A stretch of 64,000 nucleotides of DNA from Spirochaetia bacterium (GTDB lineage Bacteria > Spirochaetota > Spirochaetia > SZUA-6 > Bin103), in the NCBI GenBank assembly GCA_965208575.1, contig CBDBOV010000006.1:1504001-1568000 (forward strand), read 5' to 3'. Both the position numbers and the translations under genes were made by a program. Positions 49,334 to 59,043 of this stretch are shown piece after piece; the first letter of the stretch is position 1; every line of letters starts with the position of its first letter. The notes beneath the pieces were generated by a model. The model ran no database searches. It was given only the letters and a program-made list of their open reading frames with translations, and was not told where the DNA came from.

Positions 49334-52300
49334 ATGGATTTCGAGACAAGCGAAGCCAACCCAAGCGAGAATAACGAGCTGGTGGCCAGCGATGACGCCA
49401 CCGAACTGCAGGCTCGATCCGCCGGTGTAAGCCCCTACGCTACCGGTGGTGGCGGCGTCACCTTTGAACGCAAGGTAGCGGTGCAGTACCTTGCACATCT
49501 GCTTGTTGGCGACAGTGCCACTGAACTCGGAGGTGGTCGCCGTGTCGTGAGCGTGGAGTTCCAGCAGGCTCCAGACCATCCTGTCGATGACCTCGTGGTG
49601 AGCGCGGCACTATCCGACGAGATACGGCCGTCACTGGTGCTCAGCCTCGCGGTTCGGCGTTCCCCGAATCTCGTGACGAGCGACGAGTCGACGCGCAAGC
49701 TTGTCCGGCAATTCGTCGAGGCGATGGCGAACGCGCAGACGGAGGGACCAGAACACCGGATGTGCCTCGTCGTCGCAGGACCACAAGAGCAGGCCAAGCA
49801 AATTGCGACTCTGGCCAGTCACGCAGCGGTCCAGATGGACGCGATCGGCTTCTTCCGGCTCATCAGTACGCCACGCAAGTTCCAAGCTGCCATTCGAGAC
49901 AGGCTCTCTCAACTCGTAGCTCTCGTGGAGCATGCGCTCTGTGACCTCGGCGTTGCAGACACTGGTAGTGCACTGGTACAGCAACGAACCTGGGAGCTGC
50001 TCTCGCGGCTGGCGGTGCTCATGCCACGGCTCGAGTTCCCCGACGAGACGGATTGGGCAAACGTAGCGAACAGTCTAATTCCAGTAGCGCGTGGGCCCGA
50101 CCCGACGGCAGGGTCGCAGCTTCGTGATTGGCTCGTCGCCCTTGTCAACGACTATTCGCCGAAGGCCGCGCGGGTAGATCTGAAACTGTTGCGACGCGAC
50201 GCGCGCGCGATGCTCAATTCAACGACGCGGCGAAACCAGAAGGGCTGGCAGGTACTCGACCATCTCCATCGAATGGCGCTTGCGGCAGTGCGGGACGAGA
50301 TCACCGGAAGCGATGGCAGTCGCGTGAGTATAGATCGAAGCGGGGAAGCGGCGAAGTTGATCGCAACCGCGGCCAAGAGTCCAGCGACTATCGTGAGCGG
50401 GGAATCAGGCGTAGGAAAGAGCGCACTAGCGGTGTTGGGAGTCACAGCCGCTAGTGGCACGGGTTCGGACAGCATACAGACGTTGTGCATCAACCTGCGT
50501 CAGATCCCCATGTTGCCCGTTGAGTTCGAAGCCACATTAGGGTGTCGGCTCGCGACGCTTCTGTGCGAATTGAGTGCGTCACAGCGCGTGCTCATTATTG
50601 ACGCAGCGGACGCCATCACCGAAGGCAGGACAGACGCATTCCGCTACTTGGTCGACGCGGCTCACAACAGCGAGATAACGGTTATCGCTGTCACGTCAGC
50701 CGAGAGCCGGCAGGTCGTGAGAGATGCGCTCGCTGATTGTCTCGGTACGGCAGCCAAAGAACATACGGTAGCGCCGCTGAGCGACGCTGAGATAGGTGAC
50801 ATCGTCAACACCTTCACGGAGTTAAACAACCTTAGTTCCAGCGCGCGGGCGCGTGTACTCCTGCGTCGGCTTGTAGTAGTAGATCTGCTCGTGCGAGTTC
50901 GTGTACAGGGTGTCCCGCTCACCGATTCAGATGCGGTGCAGGAAGTGTGGTCCGGGCTCGTCCGTCGGCGCGAGATGTCTGACAGAGGGGCACCGGATGA
51001 CCGGCAACTCGTACTCCTTAAGCTGGCCGATCTCGCGCTCCGTGGCGTCAGCCAAGTGGATGAGAGCAGTAGCTTCGATTCCGCTGCTGTTGCTGGATTG
51101 CGACGTGATGGGTTGCTGCGCACTTCGCAAGACGATCCGTTCAAGATCGGCCCCGAGTTCGCGCACGATGAGGTGCGCCGCTACGCAGTCGCTCGCCTTT
51201 TGCTGTCCGACGACACACCTGCTACAAGAATCCTGCAGGCTGGAGCGCCTCGCTGGTCTCTCTCCGCCGCACAGCTCGCTTGTCAGGCTTTGTTGGCGCT
51301 CCCCGACACGGCCACAATTCCTTTGAGCGGTCGGCTCGGTCGGTTGCAGGCATCTTTTGATCGGCTCGTCGACGCAGGACATGGAGTTCGCTGGGGGGAC
51401 GTACCGGGTGAGGGCTTGCTCGCGCTGGCCGATCCCAACGCGGTATTGCGGGATGCGTGGACCGACTTGCTCGCCGGTGACGGTGCCGGCCTACGACGGC
51501 TTGCCCGCTTGGTCGACCAACGGCACCGACGCGACCGTAGCGTCGTCGACATCCGTGTGGTCGAGCCGATCATCACGTTGCTTCTCGATGACGCTGCCCC
51601 GTGGCAGCTGGGTAAATATGCCCAAGACATTCTGCGGGACTGGTTGCATGCACACGTGGTCGCCAAGACCCGCGCCCAGCATCCGCTACGTATCCTGCTT
51701 CGCGAGCGTCTCATTGATGCGTGTGCAGCGGGGGACCGTCGCCTTGCCGAGGAGCGGGTAGCCGCAGCCGCCAAGCGCGCCGCGCGCGCATCGGAGGAAA
51801 TCGAGAGAGAGCGCCGGTTCATGGAGAACCACAGCGAACTCTTCAAAGAATTAGGTTACGGCGGTCGTCGGCGGCGTAAGCGGCCCGACGTTCCCCGCGA
51901 GATCACAAACGAGATTGTTCTTGAGCTTCTGGCCCTGCTCGGGCCCGACCTTGGCAGCGGCGGTGAAGCGATCCTTTTGCGTGTCGCGCAGGACGCACCG
52001 GAGTGGCTCGCCCCTACCGTCGAAGGACTCCTGACAGGTCATGCACTCGCCAACTATGGCCGGGGGCTTCTGGCCCGACTTACCGAGGCCTACTATCTCG
52101 ATGACGAGTCCGCCGGTTCCGACATCCATGACGATGGGATTCGCGACCACAACAATCGGAGCTTCGGCACGCCTCTCCCTGCGTGGTATCGTGGTCCGTT
52201 CATGGCGCTGTTCGAGACTGACTTCCGCAACGGCGTTGCGGTACTTAACCGCTTGCTCAACCATGCTGCGCGCACGCGCGTTAGCACCCTAACCCGTCTC

Positions 52301-54544
52301 GGTCCAATCGGCCCGCCGTTTGACGATGGCGCCGGTTACGAGTCCGAACTCGAGATTACCGGTACACATCGGCTCTACGTCGGTGATGAGCATGTGTGGT
52401 GTTGGTACCGAGGTACTGGAGTCGGACCGTATCCCTCCATGAGTGCTCTGCAAGCGTTGGAGCGGGTGTGTGACCATCTGGTCAAGGCGGCCATACCGCT
52501 CGCAACGCTTGTCTCGATACTCCTCCACGGTTGCGAAAACCTAGCGATGGTCGGCCTCGTCGTCGGACTTCTCGTAAGACATCTTGAGAACACGGGCCGT
52601 CTCCTGGATCCCTACCTCCAAGAGCCGCCCATCTGGCGCCACGAGTTCAGACGAGCCATAGACGAGACGAGCGGACTCGCAGCTGACTCCGACGGACTCG
52701 TGAAACCGGACCGCCGGAAGTGGTCGCTACGGGAGGCCGCCGCACACATGGTCCTGCTGGCCGACGAGACGCGTCGCTCTCAGCTCATCGCGGTCGGCGA
52801 AAAGCTCGTTGCGAACGCACGCCGCGACTTCGAGTCCGCACATGTTGAAGACCAAACGGATCAAACGGCCGATGCGAGTGACCCTACTGAACAGCGGTTG
52901 GCCGTGGTGCGCGCGTGGGCAAGTAGCCTAGACCACCGTACTTACCAAGCCTATGACGCTCCCGATGGTCTGTACGTTCAGTCCAAGCCACCGGATGATG
53001 TGATGCAGGCTTTGGATCCCAGCAACGAAGAATTGGAACGGGTACAAGCGACGAATCGATTGGTAGTCCGCTACCATATCGGACGCAAGACCGGCGATGC
53101 TGGTGGAATCGGGGCAGACGAACTAACCACTGACTTGACAACGGCCCGCGGGCTGCTTGAGAACCCACCGTCCCACGGCGTTCTTGACCCATGGGAGGCG
53201 CCCGCCATGGTTTCCTTAGCAGCACTCGAATCACACCTTCTGAGTGGGGTCGATCTCCCCGACGAAGCGCTCTTGTTCGCGGTCGAGACTGTGCTTGAGA
53301 TAGGAAAAGCAGAGTCGGTGGGGAGCGACAAGTTCGACCCCTCATACTATGACCAAGGCGCAAACCGGAGCGCGGCTACGGCCGCTCCGTTACTGCTACT
53401 GCCCGGTGCGGCCCGACTCCGGTCCATAGTTGACCGGGCAGCCGGATCTGCGACGTTTGAACGTGCCGTTACTGCCAGTATGAAACTTGCACAATCTGGT
53501 ACGAACGAAGTGCCGCTCTACCTCGCGCGTGGATTGGATCACCTTTGGAAGGCGCCGTGCAAGGAACATGGACGTTGTCATCATCAGGTGGGATGGCAAA
53601 TCGTCAGTGACACGATGCGCCGCTGCGTGCTCAGCCGTTGGGATCCCGCTAGCATACGTCGCATCGTCCTCACTCTCAAGAAGCCGTATGCGAAGTCACT
53701 CGATCGCGTTGCCGACAACTCGATCATCGCGCTTCGCCTCGACGCGGCGATACGAGCATCGGCCCCGGCCGCCGTCGCAGGCATATGCGTTTCGGTTCGG
53801 GCGCGAGAGTTGCTGCGGACTCTCCTGGCCGCACAACGGCGGTCTCTGCTCAGCGGAGACCATCACGACGCAGATCCGCGAGGTTCGCACACTCTCTTGA
53901 GCGCACGTGCTCTTCTGACGCTCGCCGAAGAGTGCAATGATGAGCTAATTTACGATCACATAAATGCTTACGCCGATAACTCGACTCTGCTCTGGCACCT
54001 GCTCAGCGCTCTCTCAGCGGCAGCGGAGGAAACACCGGAGCGAGCGGCAGTGGCGCGGCGGGTCTGGCCGAGCATCGTTCGGCACGTTTTGGAGTTGCAT
54101 GAGTCAGGTCACACTGCGTTCCGGGGCCGGACCTCCGGCGACATGGCCCTCGCAGCCCTTATACCCAACGCTACGGGCGACGGTTTATTCCTATATCCGG
54201 AGGTTGAGGATAGCAGGATTGCATGGTGGCAGCCGCTCGAAATGCAACCGGAGGTAGAGGCATGGCTTCCGACGGCCGCCGGCAGGTCGTATTGTGTCGA
54301 CCATCTGATCCACTTCCTCCGCGTTCTCACACCCGAAGAGCAAGTCCGAACCGGGCTTCCGTGGGTGTCAAAGCTCGTCAGTACGGATCCTGACCATGCG
54401 GCTGGGCACTCCCTTACGCTCTCGACTTGGCTGATCGAGTCACGTTCAGTGGCTGAACGTGCCGGTCACCTGTCCTGTTGGCAGGAAATCGTCGATGCTC
54501 TAGTTGTTGCCGGGGTCAGGCAACTTGCGCCTTACTCGGAGTAG
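49334..54544 (+). CDS. Large STAND/AVAST (Avs)-like NTPase with N-terminal nuclease-like domain
   Basis: SPYATGGGGVTFE...PVDDLVV, Walker A GESGVGKS, Walker B VLIIDAAD, FAHD (wHTH-type motif), long helical C-terminus. Confidence 0.78.
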   Translation: MDFETSEANPSENNELVASDDATELQARSAGVSPYATGGGGVTFERKVAVQYLAHLLVGDSATELGGGRRVVSVEFQQAPDHPVDDLVVSAALSDEIRPSLVLSLAVRRSPNLVTSDESTRKLVRQFVEAMANAQTEGPEHRMCLVVAGPQEQAKQIATLASHAAVQMDAIGFFRLISTPRKFQAAIRDRLSQLVALVEHALCDLGVADTGSALVQQRTWELLSRLAVLMPRLEFPDETDWANVANSLIPVARGPDPTAGSQLRDWLVALVNDYSPKAARVDLKLLRRDARAMLNSTTRRNQKGWQVLDHLHRMALAAVRDEITGSDGSRVSIDRSGEAAKLIATAAKSPATIVSGESGVGKSALAVLGVTAASGTGSDSIQTLCINLRQIPMLPVEFEATLGCRLATLLCELSASQRVLIIDAADAITEGRTDAFRYLVDAAHNSEITVIAVTSAESRQVVRDALADCLGTAAKEHTVAPLSDAEIGDIVNTFTELNNLSSSARARVLLRRLVVVDLLVRVRVQGVPLTDSDAVQEVWSGLVRRREMSDRGAPDDRQLVLLKLADLALRGVSQVDESSSFDSAAVAGLRRDGLLRTSQDDPFKIGPEFAHDEVRRYAVARLLLSDDTPATRILQAGAPRWSLSAAQLACQALLALPDTATIPLSGRLGRLQASFDRLVDAGHGVRWGDVPGEGLLALADPNAVLRDAWTDLLAGDGAGLRRLARLVDQRHRRDRSVVDIRVVEPIITLLLDDAAPWQLGKYAQDILRDWLHAHVVAKTRAQHPLRILLRERLIDACAAGDRRLAEERVAAAAKRAARASEEIERERRFMENHSELFKELGYGGRRRRKRPDVPREITNEIVLELLALLGPDLGSGGEAILLRVAQDAPEWLAPTVEGLLTGHALANYGRGLLARLTEAYYLDDESAGSDIHDDGIRDHNNRSFGTPLPAWYRGPFMALFETDFRNGVAVLNRLLNHAARTRVSTLTRLGPIGPPFDDGAGYESELEITGTHRLYVGDEHVWCWYRGTGVGPYPSMSALQALERVCDHLVKAAIPLATLVSILLHGCENLAMVGLVVGLLVRHLENTGRLLDPYLQEPPIWRHEFRRAIDETSGLAADSDGLVKPDRRKWSLREAAAHMVLLADETRRSQLIAVGEKLVANARRDFESAHVEDQTDQTADASDPTEQRLAVVRAWASSLDHRTYQAYDAPDGLYVQSKPPDDVMQALDPSNEELERVQATNRLVVRYHIGRKTGDAGGIGADELTTDLTTARGLLENPPSHGVLDPWEAPAMVSLAALESHLLSGVDLPDEALLFAVETVLEIGKAESVGSDKFDPSYYDQGANRSAATAAPLLLLPGAARLRSIVDRAAGSATFERAVTASMKLAQSGTNEVPLYLARGLDHLWKAPCKEHGRCHHQVGWQIVSDTMRRCVLSRWDPASIRRIVLTLKKPYAKSLDRVADNSIIALRLDAAIRASAPAAVAGICVSVRARELLRTLLAAQRRSLLSGDHHDADPRGSHTLLSARALLTLAEECNDELIYDHINAYADNSTLLWHLLSALSAAAEETPERAAVARRVWPSIVRHVLELHESGHTAFRGRTSGDMALAALIPNATGDGLFLYPEVEDSRIAWWQPLEMQPEVEAWLPTAAGRSYCVDHLIHFLRVLTPEEQVRTGLPWVSKLVSTDPDHAAGHSLTLSTWLIESRSVAERAGHLSCWQEIVDALVVAGVRQLAPYSE

Positions 54545-54661
54545 TGGCGCCCCTGTCGGTTGATCGAGCCGCTGATTGGAAGATACATCTCACCGGCCGG
54601 CCGTATATTTTCGAGCTGGTGTGCGTCGTGGTAACTTAGCAACATAACAGGAGATACTTGG

Positions 54662-57394
54662 ATGAGGCGCAGGAAGCCGCCCAGGCGCTCGGATAACTAC
54701 CGTCACCCCGAAGCAGACGCGCTACTGCGGCCGGATATTGGCATCCAGCCGCAGTTTCGAAAGAAGAAGCCGCCGGCCGCCTATCGGTACGACTCCTCGC
54801 TCTCGCCGTCGCTCGAGTGGGATGGGCAGAGTCATGCGCGGGAGGAAGGAGAAGCGAAGGTCGCGGCTTTGGAGCAGCACATCGCGCGACTGTCGGCGAT
54901 CCTCGGCACTGATGCCACCAAGCAGTTGTCGGAGGCGGCTTTCAACTCGGCACGGCGCGAGCTTGACGACGCGCAGCAACAGCTCTCCGAACTGCGAGCG
55001 CTGTCACGGCCGTTCCTTAACTGGGCGGGCAAGGCTGAGCGGTTGTCCTTCGAGGTTCCCACTCTACCGCTGTTCGTGCACGAGCGGTTGTCCACTGCCG
55101 CCATCCTTGAGACGCTGAAGGGGCATCGGCGCGACGACCAGCCGACTCAGTTCGAGTTGTTCGGCGAGAGCGATCTGCCGATTCACGACCGGTTGCTCAA
55201 AGCGTACGAGCATCGCAATGGGTGGGTGAACCGGCTGATCCTTGGCGACTCGCTGGTGGTAATGAACTCACTGCTCGGATTCGAGGGGCTCGGCGGACAA
55301 GTGCAGACGATTTACATGGACCCGCCGTACGCAGTGAAGTTCGGCTCCAACTTTCAGCCGTTCGTACGGCGACGCGAAGTCAGGCACAACGACGACGACG
55401 ACATGATCCGCGAGCCGGAGATGGTCCAGGCGTATCGCGATACCTGGGAGCTGGGGATCCACTCGTTCCTGACCTACCTGCGCGACCGGCTCTTGGTGGC
55501 GCGCGAGTTACTCCATCCTTCGGGGAGCATCTTCGTCCAGATATCCGACACCAACGTGCATCACGTGCGGGAGGTGCTGGATGAGGTGTTCGGCCCGGAG
55601 TGTTTCGTGTCGCAGATCAGCTTTCAGACGACCTCGGGGTTTCAGACGAAGACTCTCGCCACGCTGGGCGATTACCTCCTCTGGTACGCACGCGATCCAA
55701 ATCGACTGAAAGTACGTAAGCTGTTCGAGGAACAGCCGGCGATCCCCGGTGAGGGCAACGCCCGTTGGGTGTTACTGCCTGATGGTAGCTACCGTGGCGT
55801 GAGCGCCGCCGAGCGCCGACGGGAGGTTGCACTTCCCGAAGGTGCCAGGCTCTATAAACCTGGCGATATGCAATCCCAAGGCGCATCTCGCGAATCTCAG
55901 CCATTCGATTATCTCGGCAAGGTATACCAACCCGGCGCAAACTCTCACTGGAAAGCCAACTACCCTGAAGGCTTGAAGCGGTTAGCCACAGATGGGCGTA
56001 TCCACGTTGCCGCTAACAGCATTCAGTATCGTCGATTTGCCACCGACTTTCCCTATAGAGAGCGAGGGAACCTCTGGACCGACACCCTTACCGACAGTTT
56101 TACGGAAGAAAAGCGCTATGTCGTGCAGACCAACCCCAAGGTCATCGAGCGGTGCCTCCTCCTCACCTCGGATCCCGGTGATCTCGTACTCGACCCCACG
56201 TGCGGGTCCGGCACTACTGCATGGTGTGCGGAGAAGTGGGGTCGCCGGTGGATCACCATCGACACCTCGCGTGTGCCGCTGGCGATCGCCCGCCAGCGCC
56301 TGTTGACCGCCAAGCTGGACTACTACCGGCTCAAGGAGCCGGCGCGTGGACCGGCGGGCGGCTTCGAATACCAGCGCCGGCAGAACTCCAAGGGCGAGGA
56401 GGTCGGTGGCATCGTGCCTCACATCACGTTGGAGTCGATCGCCACCGACGAGCCGGCCAAGGAGGAGGTGCTGGTCGACCGCCCTGAACGCGACGACAAC
56501 GTCACCCGCGTGTGTGGTCCGTTCTGTGTGGAGGCGACCATTCCGGCTCCCGCCGACTGGGGCGATGACGAGACTGACCAGGAAGTGACGCACGATGACG
56601 GCTACGACGATCACGTCGAGCGCATGATCGAAGTGCTGCGACGCTCACCGGTGTTGCGTCTTGGGGGTGGACGTACGGTCGCCCTCTCGGGGGTGCGCCG
56701 TCCTGCGCGCACCATGAGCCTCTCGGCCGAGGCGAAGATCGAAGGCGAGGAAGAGCAGATCGCCGCCATCGTCTTCGGTCCCGAGAACGGTGCCGTGTCG
56801 CAGAACTCGGTGTTCGAGGCTGCGAAAGAGGGGAACGTCAAGGGTTACCGGCACCTCTACGTGTTCGGCTTCGCCATTCAGCCAGATGCACGGAGCCTCA
56901 TCGAACTGAGTGACCGCGCGCTTGGTATTCCAGCCACCTACGTGCAGGCGAGTGCCGATCTCACTATGGGCGACCTGCTCAAGAACATGCGATCGAGCCA
57001 GATATTCTCGGTCTGCGGACTGCCCGAGGTGCGGATCGAGCGAGCCGAGGAGCATGCGTACCGCGTCCATCTGTCCGGGCTCGACGAATTCGACCCCGCC
57101 ACGATGGAAACCGACCATCGCGACGCCGCCGACGTGCCTGCCTGGTTCCTGGATACCGACTACAATGGCCTGTGCTTCCACGTGTGTCAGGCGTTCTTTC
57201 CCCGGACGTCGGCCTGGGAGGGACTCAAGCGTTCGCTCCGCGGCGACTTCAAGGCGAGTGTTTGGCAACACCTCTCGGGGACGAGCAGCGCTCCGTTTGT
57301 CGCGGGCACCCATGAGCAGATCGCCGTGAAAGTGATCGATGACCGCGGCAACGAACTGCTGGTAGTGAAGCATCTCGCGGAAGCCGACACATGA
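54662..57394 (+). CDS. Type III-like RM modification methylase (Mod)
   Basis: NRLILGDSL, YMDPPY, AYRDTW, GSIFVQI, VLDPTCGSGTT, IAVKVIDDRGNE. RBS AGGAG. Confidence 0.92.
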   Translation: MRRRKPPRRSDNYRHPEADALLRPDIGIQPQFRKKKPPAAYRYDSSLSPSLEWDGQSHAREEGEAKVAALEQHIARLSAILGTDATKQLSEAAFNSARRELDDAQQQLSELRALSRPFLNWAGKAERLSFEVPTLPLFVHERLSTAAILETLKGHRRDDQPTQFELFGESDLPIHDRLLKAYEHRNGWVNRLILGDSLVVMNSLLGFEGLGGQVQTIYMDPPYAVKFGSNFQPFVRRREVRHNDDDDMIREPEMVQAYRDTWELGIHSFLTYLRDRLLVARELLHPSGSIFVQISDTNVHHVREVLDEVFGPECFVSQISFQTTSGFQTKTLATLGDYLLWYARDPNRLKVRKLFEEQPAIPGEGNARWVLLPDGSYRGVSAAERRREVALPEGARLYKPGDMQSQGASRESQPFDYLGKVYQPGANSHWKANYPEGLKRLATDGRIHVAANSIQYRRFATDFPYRERGNLWTDTLTDSFTEEKRYVVQTNPKVIERCLLLTSDPGDLVLDPTCGSGTTAWCAEKWGRRWITIDTSRVPLAIARQRLLTAKLDYYRLKEPARGPAGGFEYQRRQNSKGEEVGGIVPHITLESIATDEPAKEEVLVDRPERDDNVTRVCGPFCVEATIPAPADWGDDETDQEVTHDDGYDDHVERMIEVLRRSPVLRLGGGRTVALSGVRRPARTMSLSAEAKIEGEEEQIAAIVFGPENGAVSQNSVFEAAKEGNVKGYRHLYVFGFAIQPDARSLIELSDRALGIPATYVQASADLTMGDLLKNMRSSQIFSVCGLPEVRIERAEEHAYRVHLSGLDEFDPATMETDHRDAADVPAWFLDTDYNGLCFHVCQAFFPRTSAWEGLKRSLRGDFKASVWQHLSGTSSAPFVAGTHEQIAVKVIDDRGNELLVVKHLAEADT

Positions 57395-59043
57395 TTCGGT
57401 CGGTTTGCATTCGCGGCTTCAAGCGGTTTCGGGAGGTCGAGTTCCGCTTGCCTGGCCACGTGGTGCTGGCAGGGCCCAACAACACCGGCAAGACCACGCT
57501 CCTGCAAGCCATCGCCTCGTGGGCGTTTGCCCTGCGACGTTGGCGCGAACTCAACGACTTCAATCGCCGAAACGGGTACCGCAGGGTGCCGCTCGCCCGG
57601 CAAGCGTTTGCCGCAGTCCCGTTGCGCAGCTTCGACCTGTTGTGGACCGACCGCCATTACCAGGGTCAGATCGAGATCGAGCTGCGTCACGACGCGGGGT
57701 GGGCGGTCACCATGGAGTTCATCGCCGACAGCACCGAGCAGATCTACGTGCGACCGGCGCAGGATTCGTCGGGCAACCTGCGAGACATCGATCTGCAAGC
57801 GGTGTTCGTGCCGCCGATGACCGGCATCGGCATCAATGAACCGCTGTTCTATTGGCCAAAGATCGAACAGCTTCTCGGCTATGGAAGGCCCGGGGAGGTG
57901 TTGCGCAACCTGCTCGTGGAGGCAAACCGAGACCAGGCGGCGTGGGAAGCGCTGCAGGCGGCGATCGACAAGCTGTTCGGGTATCGGCTGCGGCCCCCCG
58001 ACGCCAGCGCAGCAGACATCCTCGTGGAGTACGAGACGGCCGAACAGGGGGTGCCGTTCGACATCGCCAGCGCGGGCAGCGGGTTCCACCAGGTGTTGAT
58101 GCTGCTGGCGTTCCTCAATACCCGGCATGGTGCAGTGGTGTTGCTGGACGAGCCGGACGCACACCTGCACATGATCCTGCAAGATGCCATTTACCATGAG
58201 TTGAGAAGCACCGCCGCACGGCACGGCTCGCAACTCATCGTCGCCACCCATTCCGAAGTGGTCATCAACTCGGTCGAACCACGCGAACTCGTGGTAACGT
58301 TGAGCCAGCCGCGGTTGGTTGCCGACAATGCCGAGCGCAGTCGTCTTATCTCTTCGCTACGCGTCCTGAGCAACGCCGACGTTACCCAAGCTCTCGACGT
58401 CCGCGGGATTCTCTACGTCGAGGACTATACCGACATCAACATCCTGCGGGCGTGGGCGGAGACGCTGCGGCATCGGGCGTCGGGCTTGCTGACGACGGAG
58501 TTGATGTGGAAGCCGACCGCTTTTCACACGCAGGAGGGGCGCCCGGGCAGGGGCGTCACCGCACGGGAGCATTTCGCCGCGCTGCAACTGGTTCGCGATG
58601 ACCTGCCCGGACTGGAGTTGCTCGATGGCGACGCACGCCGGGAGATCGGGGCTACCCCCATCACCGGTAGCGGCCTACAGCGTCTGCGCTGGCGGCGCTA
58701 CGAGATCGAGAGTTACTTGCTTCACCCGGAGGCACTTGCGCGATTTGTTGAGGCTCAGGTCGGGACCAGCGTGGCACGCGAGCATGTCGAGGGCATGCTG
58801 ATCTGGTGGCGACGAGAGCTGCCGCCCGCGGTGGCGGACGATCCCCGCGGTGAGCATCCGTTCCTGAACGGCACCAAGGCCCGTACCGAGCTCCTGCCGC
58901 CACTATTGGAAGCCGCCGAGATCTTCGGATTGCCGTACACACGCTATCACGAAATTGCTGCGCTGATGCGGCTCGAAGAGATTCACCCCGAAGTGGAAGA
59001 AAAACTCGACGCGATCTGCCGGGCGTTTGGAGTCCAGCCTTGA
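57391..59043 (+). CDS. OLD-like ABC ATPase fused to a TOPRIM domain
   Basis: Walker A GPNNTGKT, GSGF signature, LLDEPDAHLH, ATHS; TOPRIM YVEDYTD and LLDGD; YEIESYL. Confidence 0.82.
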   Translation: MIRSVCIRGFKRFREVEFRLPGHVVLAGPNNTGKTTLLQAIASWAFALRRWRELNDFNRRNGYRRVPLARQAFAAVPLRSFDLLWTDRHYQGQIEIELRHDAGWAVTMEFIADSTEQIYVRPAQDSSGNLRDIDLQAVFVPPMTGIGINEPLFYWPKIEQLLGYGRPGEVLRNLLVEANRDQAAWEALQAAIDKLFGYRLRPPDASAADILVEYETAEQGVPFDIASAGSGFHQVLMLLAFLNTRHGAVVLLDEPDAHLHMILQDAIYHELRSTAARHGSQLIVATHSEVVINSVEPRELVVTLSQPRLVADNAERSRLISSLRVLSNADVTQALDVRGILYVEDYTDINILRAWAETLRHRASGLLTTELMWKPTAFHTQEGRPGRGVTAREHFAALQLVRDDLPGLELLDGDARREIGATPITGSGLQRLRWRRYEIESYLLHPEALARFVEAQVGTSVAREHVEGMLIWWRRELPPAVADDPRGEHPFLNGTKARTELLPPLLEAAEIFGLPYTRYHEIAALMRLEEIHPEVEEKLDAICRAFGVQP

